Assembly: GCA_963976765.1 (NCBI GenBank)
Contig: CAXBME010000015.1
Span: 175,123-195,122, forward strand
Source of the DNA: an uncultured Planctomycetaceae bacterium
GTDB taxonomy: Bacteria; Planctomycetota; Planctomycetia; Planctomycetales; Planctomycetaceae
Length of the DNA: 20,000 nt
Reading direction: 5' to 3'
Under the pieces are notes generated by a model. That model ran no database searches. It was not told the origin of the DNA and saw only the letters and a program-made list of their open reading frames with translations. The translations under genes and the position numbers were made by a program. Of the stretch, positions 8,279 through 17,148 are shown in pieces (within the stretch, counting starts at the first letter, position 1; every line of letters begins with the position of its first letter).

Positions 8279-9553
8279 TCATCGTTTGGCTGGTGTCAGG
8301 TGGACGGTCTGGCCGTCAACCTGGTAGGCGATGTTCTGGGGAGGGAACATCTTTTCGAAGACTTCCTGAGCGGTCAGTTCTTTGGCTTCGAGCAGGATTT
8401 GCTGGTCGAGTCGGATGTCGGCCTGCATGAAGTCGTCGGGGTCGTACTTGAAGGTAAAGCCAGCCTGCGCTTCGAGAGTCTTCATGAAGGCTTCGAGTGG
8501 TGCGGTCGCCTTAAATGTAAAGACGGTCACTCCGCCGCCGACCATACGCTGGTTGGGGCGAGGATTTTCAGGGCGACGTTCCGGAAAGATCAGTTCTTCG
8601 ACGCTTTCTATCTGCTCGACCGTGCCGACAACGGAGACTCTGCGGCCGGCAATCTGACGCTCGATTGCTGGCAGTCGTCGTTCCAGCTCAGCCAGAATGT
8701 TCAGCTCAGTGCCCCGCTTGAGTGTGAACTGTCTTTCGATGCGCGGGTCGACCGGCATGTCAACGATGCGAATTCCGTCCCGGCTGTTCGTCCATTCGAA
8801 ACTCAAATTGAACTGAGCGAGCACCATCAGCAGCAACTGAGTTGACGTGCCTGACGGAACCGTCGCCAGCCCCCAAAGATCGTGCGGCACCTTATCAGCC
8901 GCTTCGATGTTCAATGCGTAACGACGACCGATTTCGTCGAGCAGTTCGCGTGGAGTAGTCAAGTCCGGCCAGGTCAACGTTTGCCGTTCCAGAAGTTCGA
9001 AGCTACGGCGAGTTGCTGGAGAAGTGTCGACGCTGATCGTCGTGGCGCGATTCGACACGAGTTGCGAAGCGACAATCTCTTCGACCGTGCGCAGCCGTGA
9101 CGCGACCTCTGCCGGACCGACGTAAACGGTGTTTCCAAGGATGCTGATGTCAGCTCGAACTTCCGTCGCGATCAGATTGATCAATGCCTGCAGGCTGACA
9201 TTCTGAATCTGCAGCGTCAGTTGCTGTCCCGGATCCATTCGTCGATCCAGCAGGATGGAGACCGACCGTGTCTCGGAAAGTTGACGCAGGCCATCCCGCA
9301 GATTCTGTCCCTGCCACGCGAGCGAGATCGTCTTTGCGAGCGCATAGTCGAACTCGCGACCGGTCAGAAACTCCGAAGTCACGTTTGTCAGAACTGGTGT
9401 GTCTGGACCAGGCAGCGGCTGCGCGACGGCGGACAGACTCAACATTGAGGCCTGCAAAACGGCTGCAATCAGCAGAAAACGACATCCCGTTACCCCGAAA
9501 CGTTCATTCAGGACGGGCGGAAAGGTGCCGAGTGTTTGCTGGAGAGGCGTCAT
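8279..9553 (-). CDS. Exported hypothetical protein with repeated STN (secretin/TonB N-terminal)-like domains
   Basis: 424-aa ORF with a signal peptide ending AVA|Q. STN-like segments ISLAWQGQNLRDGLRQLSETRSVSILLD, LTWPDLTTPRELLDEIGRRYALNI and FKATAPLEAFMKTLEAQAGFTF. No secretin barrel visible. Confidence 0.7.
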   Translation of the reverse strand: MTPLQQTLGTFPPVLNERFGVTGCRFLLIAAVLQASMLSLSAVAQPLPGPDTPVLTNVTSEFLTGREFDYALAKTISLAWQGQNLRDGLRQLSETRSVSILLDRRMDPGQQLTLQIQNVSLQALINLIATEVRADISILGNTVYVGPAEVASRLRTVEEIVASQLVSNRATTISVDTSPATRRSFELLERQTLTWPDLTTPRELLDEIGRRYALNIEAADKVPHDLWGLATVPSGTSTQLLLMVLAQFNLSFEWTNSRDGIRIVDMPVDPRIERQFTLKRGTELNILAELERRLPAIERQIAGRRVSVVGTVEQIESVEELIFPERRPENPRPNQRMVGGGVTVFTFKATAPLEAFMKTLEAQAGFTFKYDPDDFMQADIRLDQQILLEAKELTAQEVFEKMFPPQNIAYQVDGQTVHLTPAKR

Positions 9554-9776
9554 AAGCGTTGGTACGATGGCCAGACTCGTGGCGGAAGCTGTTGACTGAA
9601 GAGTAGTTTCGACGTTTCCGCATTGTGGGTTTCGCGTTCTGCCCGGGCAATGCTGATGTGCAACTGGCAGGAAACATCGCCGCAGCAGAATTGAGATGCG
9701 GTGCGACTGCTGGCGATCCTTCCTTACACACGCGTTGATACGGCTTCGAGCTTGCAGCCATGAAAGACTGATTCAG

Positions 9777-12047
9777 ATGCTTAAGACTCACGCTGTCGGA
9801 ATCGACCTTGGCACAACGTACTCGTGCATCTCGTACCTGAACGAGCATGGTGAACCCGTCACGCTGGCGAACCAGGAAGGCGAACTGTCGACTCCGTCGG
9901 TCGTCCTGTTTGACGAGGGCGGCGAAGTCGTCGTCGGAACCGAAGCGCTTCGCAACGCCGTCGTGAAGCCTTTGCGAGTCGTGCAGAATTCGAAGCGGTA
10001 CATGGGCGACCTCGAACACAAGTGGGTCGTTGACGATCGTGCCTACACACCGATCGACATCGCCACACTCGTGCTGAAGAAGCTGCTATCCGCAGCTGAA
10101 GAACAGATCGGCAAAATCGAGCAGGCGGTCATTACCGTACCGGCCCAGTTCAGCGACATTCAGCGTCAATGGGTCATGGAAGCCGGCAAGCGAGCAGGAC
10201 TGTCCAAAGTTGACATGATCAACGAACCGGTTGCCGCCGCGCTGTGTTACGTGCTGGGCACCGAAGGGTTGTGGTTCACCGAGCTGGCTGAAGAGCAACG
10301 GATCATGGTGTACGACCTCGGCGGCGGAACTTTCGACCTGTCGCTGGTGAAGTATCAGAAGAACGAAGTCAAAGTCATCGCCAGCAGCGGAGATCTGAAT
10401 CTCGGCGGCATCGACTGGAACCGCACACTGCTCGACGCCATCGCTGGTCAGTTTTCTAAAGAATTTAAGGTTGACCCTCGCAGCGACCCGGAAAGTCTGC
10501 AATTCCTGGCCCTGGAAGTTGAGAACACAAAACGCAGCCTGACGGTCCGACCGAAAGCAGCGCTCACGTGTCAGCACGCAGGACACCGCAAGTCTTACCA
10601 GATCGAGCAGGGACAGTTTGAGTCACTGACAAAGCCAATGGTGAAGCGGACGTGCGAACTCACTCAGGCCATGCTTAAAGACAACAAAATGGGCTGGGCT
10701 CACGTCGACGTCATCCTGACCGTTGGTGGTTCGTCTCGAATGCCGATGATCCGAAACGCGCTGAAGCAGCTCGGCGGCCGAACGTTGAACACGTCGCTCT
10801 CACCCGATCAATCGATCGCGCACGGCGCGACCTACTACGCCGGGATGCTGCTGACGAATAACGACTTTGCGAAGTCAATTCTCAACGAAGACGTCAGCGC
10901 CCGGCTGGCCAGTATCAAACAACAAAGTGTTAACGCTCGAGGTCTTGGCATTCTGGTTCGTGACAAGAACGACAACAAAGTTCCGCACTATCAGATTCCA
11001 GCGAACACTCCGCTGCCGGCATCGATCACGCACCAGTTTGGCACCGTGTCTCCCAACCAGAACCGTGTGCACCTGCGGATTGTCGAAAGCGGCACGAAGG
11101 CTGATGATCAGTACGTCGAACTGGGAACCTGCATCATCGAAGATCTGCCGCCGGACCTGCCGGAGAACTCGCAGATCCAGGTGACAATTTCTTACGACGA
11201 GCAGGCTCGTGTTCATGTCTCGGCGACAGACGTGGCCAGTGGCAAGAAAGCAACGACCGAGATCGTTCGCGAAGGCAGTGTCGTTGTGAAAGATGGCGTC
11301 TCCACCAGCTCGGCAGCAATTCCGGCAGCAGCGCCGGAAGTCACCGGCTGGCAATCGACAGGAATTAAGACGCCGGTCGCACCGCGTAAGGAAAACAACA
11401 GCCCGCCACCGGTTCCAAAGAAAGCTCCGTCAACGTCCCGACCGGTAACTCCCCGACCGGTCTCGGGTGAAATCGTGATCGAAGAATCCCGCACCGGCCC
11501 GGCCTCCCGTGAGATTGATCTGGGAAAGGCATTGCTCGACGACGAACTTGAAGACGCCGGCATGCCCGTCCCGCTGTGCAACAAGTGCGGCGAATCGCTC
11601 GACCACCGTGGAGGCTGCCCGGCCTGTTCAAAATCAAGAACGTCCGGAAATGCAGCGCCGGGTTCCGCCAGGCGTAAGGTCAAAGTACGACCGACGGCGG
11701 GAGGTCCGACTTCTTCCGGCAAGACTCCACGAACAACCACGGGAGAGCAACCTCGAAAACGAGTCAGCAGCGGTCCGAAAAGCAGCCCGGCTATTCCGCT
11801 TGACGATAACGAGATTCTCGAACTGGAATTTTCGGACAACGCCCGTCCGAAAAAATCGCCTACGACCGAAACACGTCGAAAGGTTCAGCCGAAGAAAGTT
11901 CGCTCCGGTGGTCCCTCGGTGAAAGCTCCGCCACTGCCGCCTTCGCTAAGCGAAAAAAAAGACAAGTCCGCCAATTCTGGAACTCTGAAAAAAGGCGGAC
12001 TTGCCGCGGACGGTGAAGATGAATTCTGGCAGCTGGTCGACGATTAG
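9777..12047 (+). CDS. Hsp70 family protein (non-canonical DnaK paralog) with long low-complexity C-terminal tail and Zn-ribbon
   Basis: VGIDLGTTYS, TPSVV, AVITVPAQF, INEPVAAAL, VYDLGGGTFDLS, LGGIDW, VGGSSRMP, IAHGA. SBD-beta-like QIQVTISYDEQARVHVSA. ATG 9777 preferred. Confidence 0.93.
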   Translation: MLKTHAVGIDLGTTYSCISYLNEHGEPVTLANQEGELSTPSVVLFDEGGEVVVGTEALRNAVVKPLRVVQNSKRYMGDLEHKWVVDDRAYTPIDIATLVLKKLLSAAEEQIGKIEQAVITVPAQFSDIQRQWVMEAGKRAGLSKVDMINEPVAAALCYVLGTEGLWFTELAEEQRIMVYDLGGGTFDLSLVKYQKNEVKVIASSGDLNLGGIDWNRTLLDAIAGQFSKEFKVDPRSDPESLQFLALEVENTKRSLTVRPKAALTCQHAGHRKSYQIEQGQFESLTKPMVKRTCELTQAMLKDNKMGWAHVDVILTVGGSSRMPMIRNALKQLGGRTLNTSLSPDQSIAHGATYYAGMLLTNNDFAKSILNEDVSARLASIKQQSVNARGLGILVRDKNDNKVPHYQIPANTPLPASITHQFGTVSPNQNRVHLRIVESGTKADDQYVELGTCIIEDLPPDLPENSQIQVTISYDEQARVHVSATDVASGKKATTEIVREGSVVVKDGVSTSSAAIPAAAPEVTGWQSTGIKTPVAPRKENNSPPPVPKKAPSTSRPVTPRPVSGEIVIEESRTGPASREIDLGKALLDDELEDAGMPVPLCNKCGESLDHRGGCPACSKSRTSGNAAPGSARRKVKVRPTAGGPTSSGKTPRTTTGEQPRKRVSSGPKSSPAIPLDDNEILELEFSDNARPKKSPTTETRRKVQPKKVRSGGPSVKAPPLPPSLSEKKDKSANSGTLKKGGLAADGEDEFWQLVDD

Positions 12048-12079
12048 CCGCAACGCCGGACGATGAAGAAGGGAATGAC

Positions 12080-12139
12080 CACGGAATTACACGGAAGAAC
12101 GGTTAGCCCTGCTTTCCGTGAAATTTCGTGTCTTCCGTG
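12080..12139. repeat. Inverted repeat built from CACGGAA units (REP-like hairpin / possible terminator) between convergent genes
   Basis: CACGGAATTACACGGAA (12080-12096) pairs 15/17 with TTCCGTGAAATTTCGTG (12114-12130). An extra CTTCCGTG lies at 12132-12139. Confidence 0.6.
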
Positions 12140-12179
12140 ATTTGATCGATCCTGTCGGAGCTGTTCGTGGATCGTTGTT

Positions 12180-13112
12180 TCACCGCAGACTGGAAGTCTG
12201 TCGGTCTTCCAGAGGGTTGACCGTGATCACTCGCAGGTGGTTGATGTTGATTTCCCACGGGCCATCGAACGATTTCGCTTTGCTCAGGAAGCTCTTCAGT
12301 CGACCGATTTTCTGCTCGTCGGTGACTTCCAGGGGGTGATCGTTGCCCGGCGCACGCCCCCAGATGATTCGCGATCCGCCGTCCGTATTGACGACGAAGC
12401 GAAGCTCTTCGTAAACGACTTCCGCGGTCGCTCGTGGTGGTACTTCAACCGATTGAAGTTTCCACTCACTCCAGTATGGAAACAGAACGACGGCCAGCCG
12501 AGCGGCGGCGGTCACTCGCTCGTCGCCCCAGGCGGAGCCGACTCGGGCCAGTGGCGGAGTCGTCATGCCGGTGATCTTTGGATAAAGATTGATGTCCGAC
12601 GGCGGAAAGTCTCCAGGAGGCAGCAGAATACCTTCCGCATCGACGGGGTAGTGTCCGTCACTGATGCTGACCATTGCGACCGGTTCGCGAAAGTTGAATG
12701 AAACTTCAACACGAGCCGGCACAGAGACCTTCACGCTGACAGGCTTCTTCACCCAGGGATGCTGTTCAAACGCGGCGGCAATCTGCGCGGCGAGGTCCGG
12801 CTTCAGAACCGAAACTTCGTCGGGAATTTCTGCCGCTTCGATAACCTGATCGACAAGAGTGATCGGCACCCACCGCGGCAGATCCGGAACTTCAATGTCC
12901 CGCGTTCGGAGTCGGTATTCTTCACGAGTGGACAGGTCGGGCAGCACGCGAGCCACAATCGGCGTGAGTACGACCGCCGCTCCAGCAAGGGCTCCCCACA
13001 ACAGAAGACGAGGTTGAAAGATGGTTCCCAACAGTCGGTCCTTCAGCGGCGGCTCGGGTGGAGCGGCTTCGGCTTTTTTCCGTCGAGTTGCCTTCTTTTT
13101 CTTCTCAGTCAT
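12180..13112 (-). CDS. FtsQ/DivIB-like bitopic membrane protein
   Basis: Basic cytoplasmic N-terminus, one TM helix, POTRA-like segment (IAAAFEQHPWVKKPVSVKVSVPARVEV), then REPVAMV, YPVDAEGILL and PKITG as in the FtsQ beta domain. Confidence 0.7.
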   Translation of the reverse strand: MTEKKKKATRRKKAEAAPPEPPLKDRLLGTIFQPRLLLWGALAGAAVVLTPIVARVLPDLSTREEYRLRTRDIEVPDLPRWVPITLVDQVIEAAEIPDEVSVLKPDLAAQIAAAFEQHPWVKKPVSVKVSVPARVEVSFNFREPVAMVSISDGHYPVDAEGILLPPGDFPPSDINLYPKITGMTTPPLARVGSAWGDERVTAAARLAVVLFPYWSEWKLQSVEVPPRATAEVVYEELRFVVNTDGGSRIIWGRAPGNDHPLEVTDEQKIGRLKSFLSKAKSFDGPWEININHLRVITVNPLEDRQTSSLR

Positions 13113-13475
13113 AAATCAGGGTGCCTGCGCGCAGAGAGACTCTTCACGGCGAAACACAATCGCCCTGTTCTTCAGTTCGCCGGATTTCGCCGAACCGTTG
13201 ACTCGCGATGGTCGATTCGCCGCAGTTTTCGCTGAACCGAGCACTCTGGGCGGGCAATTCCGGCAGCACCGGCCCTGCAGATTGTGCTTCGGACGAGGAA
13301 TTTGAGAGCCACTCTGGCTGGACAACGATTTCTCGACATTGGTTTTCGTCGAATACCAGCACTCCGGTTCTGTTTCACCCGACCTGTCCCGAGGCTATTA
13401 TCCCGCTCGGAAAATGGGCGGACGCAATGTGGCGACCGCCGGAATCAACTGTCTCCAGACTGACGCCCTGCCATC

Positions 13476-14093
13476 ATGTCTATCGAACAGGCTGAACAAC
13501 TCAAGACAGAACTCACAGACAAGTGGGTCGTCGTTGACAAAAACGTTCCCGAACTGCGGCGGTTTGCCGGCCTGACCGGAAAGGTCAAGACGGTCAACAT
13601 GAACTGCCAGGCTCTGGTCGAATTCCACGGCCAGGAAGACATCGGCTGGTACGACATCGGCACGACCTTTCTGACCGTCGTCGACAAGCCGGTTGAAAAA
13701 CCGAAGGCCGAAGCCGCCGCGCCCAAGGCACCGGCTGGTGGCGCGAAGAAGCCCGCCGCCGGAGCATCCCCGCTGGACATGATCCGCAAGCAGGGTGCCC
13801 CTGGAGCGAAGAAACCGGCTGCCGGTGGTGGTTCGCCGCTCGACCAGATTCGCAAACAGGGACCGGCCGGCTCAAAGCCTGCTGCCGCTGCAGCCGACGG
13901 TGGCAAGAAACTATCGCCTCTTGAGCAAATCCGTCAGCAGGGAGCCGCGGGCAGCAAGAAAGCGGAAGAGCCGGCCGCCGAAGCCGACGCTCCAGCAGAA
14001 GCACCTGTCGAAGAAAAGAAAGCTCCCGCAGCTGGCGACAAGAAACTGTCACCGCTTGACCTGATCCGCAAGCAGGGACCGGCCAAGGGTTAG
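13476..14093 (+). CDS. Hypothetical protein: small SH3/KOW-like N-terminal domain plus Ala/Lys/Pro-rich tail with four SPL(D/E)xIR(K/Q)QG motifs
   Basis: 205-aa ORF with strong GC3 bias, followed by a terminator. Motifs SPLDMIRKQG, SPLDQIRKQG, SPLEQIRQQG, SPLDLIRKQG. Confidence 0.85.
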   Translation: MSIEQAEQLKTELTDKWVVVDKNVPELRRFAGLTGKVKTVNMNCQALVEFHGQEDIGWYDIGTTFLTVVDKPVEKPKAEAAAPKAPAGGAKKPAAGASPLDMIRKQGAPGAKKPAAGGGSPLDQIRKQGPAGSKPAAAAADGGKKLSPLEQIRQQGAAGSKKAEEPAAEADAPAEAPVEEKKAPAAGDKKLSPLDLIRKQGPAKG

Positions 14094-14134
14094 TCAGTCG
14101 CTTTCCGACGGTGTTTACTTAACGAAATTCAAAG

Positions 14135-14167
14135 GCCCGATTCCACCAGTTGGAGTCGGGCTTTTTT
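14135..14167 (+). terminator. Rho-independent terminator
   Basis: GCCCGATTCCA-ccagt-TGGAGTCGGGC followed by TTTTTT, ~40 bp after the stop at 14093. Confidence 0.85.
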
Positions 14168-14399
14168 GATTCTCAAAGCACGTCCGCAGCGAATCAAGCA
14201 CTGACGCAAAGGAACTGCCGAATGCCATTTTTCATGAACCGGCAAACGAGTTGAGTTTCCAGCGGTTGCATGCCGGTCAGCGAGTTGGAAGCCGTGGTAA
14301 GCTGTAACGGTTGAAACAGTGAGCTGAAAGAGTGGGGTTGCCTGCTGCCGATCGAGGTCGAAACGGAAGTTTCAATGACCTGACTGGCAAGGAAGCCTC

Positions 14400-15617
14400 A
14401 TGTCTCTGTACTGGAAACAGTTTGCGCAACGTCTGCGCATTTCTTCTCCGAGTAGTAATACGACCGTAACCGGCTCCGCCGCTCTTCGCCGACTGCTCGC
14501 TGTGTGCCTGCTTACACTGGCTGGTTGCGAAGCCGCAACCGCCGTTCTTGAGACGGTCGACCAGCTTCAGCAAGCCTCAACTCCGTCGGCGGCGGCAATC
14601 TCGACTAACCCCGACGACGTTTCGAACGACGTGCTGACAGCTCCGCCGATCGGCGGAATGCAGACAACGATCAACGGACCGGTTGCAGGAAGTGGCGAAC
14701 CGATTTCTGTCTGCTCGTTCAACATTCAGTTTCTGGGCAACTCGCGATCCCGCGACGACGCGGCACTGGCCAACGTCGTCGCCCCGTACGACATCGTCGT
14801 TGTGCAGGAGCTGGTTTCGCCGCCGTACGCGGGAACTTTCCCGGACGGCACGCCACTGAAACCTGATTCCGAATCTGCCAAATTCTTCGACGCGATGCGC
14901 GGGCACGGATTTCAGTATGTCATCTCCGAAGAAGACACGGGCTCGGGCGACACCATTCACCGTAACGGATCGTCGACCGAGTGGTGGGTCTCTTTTTATA
15001 AGCCCAATCGAGTCGTTCCGGCCAACGATCTACCGCACGGATTCCTGGCGGCTGACCGTTCGAACCATGACTACTTCGAACGGGTGCCGTACGCGTTCGG
15101 TTTTCGCACGCTGGAAGCAAAACTCGACTTTGTTCTGATTTCCGTCCATCTGCAACCTGGAGACGGCCCGGCCAATCGCGCTCGTCGGGCGCAGGAGCTG
15201 GGGGCAATCTCTGCGTGGATTGCCTCACATAACCAGGACGAGCACGACTTCATCATCCTTGGCGATATGAACATCGAAAATGCCGCCGAGCTGGCAGCAG
15301 TCACTCCGCCAGGATTCATCTCGCTCAACGACGAATGCCGACCGACCAACACGAACGTCAACTCGCCGAAACCGTACGACCACGTCATGGTCAACACGAC
15401 CTGGACCAGCGAAGTCGACCAGACGTACGACATGCAGGTCGTCAATCTGCTGGAAGAACTTCGCGACGACTGGCACTTCACTGATCCGTACCCCGGCGAA
15501 CCTTATAACCACAACGCCTTCCGAGCGGTCTACTCAGACCACCATCCGATCGTCTTTCACCTGACCGTTCCCGCAGCCGATGACGACGGAACTGTCCGCA
15601 TCGCGATCGCTCAATAA
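14400..15617 (+). CDS. Endonuclease/exonuclease/phosphatase (DNase I-like) family protein, probable lipoprotein
   Basis: Lipobox LLTLAGC. SFNIQFLG, DIVVVQE, FERVPY, SVHL, IILGDMN, YDHV, SDHHPI. Confidence 0.88.
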   Translation: MSLYWKQFAQRLRISSPSSNTTVTGSAALRRLLAVCLLTLAGCEAATAVLETVDQLQQASTPSAAAISTNPDDVSNDVLTAPPIGGMQTTINGPVAGSGEPISVCSFNIQFLGNSRSRDDAALANVVAPYDIVVVQELVSPPYAGTFPDGTPLKPDSESAKFFDAMRGHGFQYVISEEDTGSGDTIHRNGSSTEWWVSFYKPNRVVPANDLPHGFLAADRSNHDYFERVPYAFGFRTLEAKLDFVLISVHLQPGDGPANRARRAQELGAISAWIASHNQDEHDFIILGDMNIENAAELAAVTPPGFISLNDECRPTNTNVNSPKPYDHVMVNTTWTSEVDQTYDMQVVNLLEELRDDWHFTDPYPGEPYNHNAFRAVYSDHHPIVFHLTVPAADDDGTVRIAIAQ

Positions 15618-15725
15618 AGTGGAGCGAACTTCCCTTCGTCAGAAAGTGCAGCAGCGGGCTTGCCGTCAACGATGCGTTGTGCAAACTGGTTGTGTTCAAA
15701 GCAACGTTTCCTGTCGGAGCGGCAA

Positions 15726-17102
15726 ATGGCAACCTCAAACAGCCGAAGTGGGTGTGCTGAGTTTCAGCGTGAAACAGGCATCAGCCGTCGTGGATTTCTG
15801 AAGGCGGGCGGTCTGGGACTGACGGGTCTGACACTGACCGACCTGTTGCGACACGAGGCGCAGGCCGGAGCCGACGCGAAGAAAGAGAACTCGGTAATCA
15901 TCCTGTGGATGCGCGGCGGACCGTCTCAACACGAGACGTGGGATCCGAAAATGGAGGCTCCGGCCGAATACCGAGGCGGGTTTGGAGCAACCTCAACAAA
16001 CGTGTCCGGGATTCAGATCGTCGATCTGCTGCCAAAGTGCGCGTCGATCATGGATAAGTGGTCGATTGTTCGCAGCCTGCACCACACCAATGCCGGACAC
16101 TCGGCGGGCGATCAGATTCTGTTCACAGGTCATCCGCCTGGACCGAGCCCCGACGTCAACATTCACCCGAGTTGCGGCTCGATCGTTTCCGAGCAGCTCG
16201 GTCATCTGACTCCCGAACTTCCTCCGTACGTGGCCATTCCCAGGCAGGTACCAGGTACGGACTCGGCGTATCTGGGCGTTGCGCATAAGCCCTTCGAAAC
16301 GCTGGTCGACCCAGGCAACGACGGGCCGTTTGAGCTGAAGAATTTCTCACTGGTCGAAGGCATCAGTCAGGGACGCTTCGATACTCGCAAGAGTCTGCTG
16401 CAAGGCTTCGATCAGTTTCGATCGGCGGTCGACACGTCGGGACAGATGGATTCGGTCAGCAAGTTTCATCAGAAGGCGTACGGCATTCTGAGTTCCGACA
16501 AGGCTCGCCATGCGTTCGACCTCGACGCCGAGCCAGACGACATTCGCCAGCGATACGGATTCATTCCGAGGTACGATCCGGGTGACCCCAGACGGTGCAG
16601 TGCCAACGCTTTCTGCCAGCGAGTTCTGCTGGGGCGACGTCTTGTCGAAGCCGGCGTTCGGCTGGTCACCGTCGACTGCCGCTGGTGGGACACCCACGTT
16701 CAGGGTCTGGACTCAATGAAGAATGGCTTCCTGCCTCGCTGGGATCTTTGCTATTCCGCGCTGATCGAAGACCTTGATCAGCGAGGCATGCTCGATACAA
16801 CAATGGTCGTCGCGTGGGGCGAGTTCGGTCGCACTCCGCGTATGAACAAAGAAGCCGGACGAGACCATTATCCGAATGTCTTCAGTGCGGCACTCGCTGG
16901 CGGACCAGTCAAAGGTGGTCGAGTGGTCGGCTCTTCTGACTCCAAAGGGGCGTTCCCGCTGGACAATCCCAAGTCACCGCAGGACGTTCTGGCGACCATG
17001 TACCGCCACCTGGGCATCGACACCGAACGGCATTATCTGGATCACGGCGGAAGACCAATCATCACCCTGCCCTTCGGAAACCCGATCGACGAACTTTCCT
17101 GA
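15726..17102 (+). CDS. DUF1501 domain protein with twin-arginine-like N-terminus
   Basis: SRRGFLK; VIILWMRGGPSQHETWDPK, RRLVEAGVRLV, WDTH, WGEFGRTP, GRDHYP, GGRVVG. ATG 15726 preferred over 15660. Confidence 0.92.
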   Translation: MATSNSRSGCAEFQRETGISRRGFLKAGGLGLTGLTLTDLLRHEAQAGADAKKENSVIILWMRGGPSQHETWDPKMEAPAEYRGGFGATSTNVSGIQIVDLLPKCASIMDKWSIVRSLHHTNAGHSAGDQILFTGHPPGPSPDVNIHPSCGSIVSEQLGHLTPELPPYVAIPRQVPGTDSAYLGVAHKPFETLVDPGNDGPFELKNFSLVEGISQGRFDTRKSLLQGFDQFRSAVDTSGQMDSVSKFHQKAYGILSSDKARHAFDLDAEPDDIRQRYGFIPRYDPGDPRRCSANAFCQRVLLGRRLVEAGVRLVTVDCRWWDTHVQGLDSMKNGFLPRWDLCYSALIEDLDQRGMLDTTMVVAWGEFGRTPRMNKEAGRDHYPNVFSAALAGGPVKGGRVVGSSDSKGAFPLDNPKSPQDVLATMYRHLGIDTERHYLDHGGRPIITLPFGNPIDELS

Positions 17103-17148
17103 CCGACGCCGCGCCACTCCTCGTTGACTCCACACCCGAGACTTTCGC

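Noticed and set aside
9777..12047. Calling the Hsp70 gene dnaK
   Set aside because: Lacks the canonical linker and lid and has no dnaJ/grpE context; it is a paralog.
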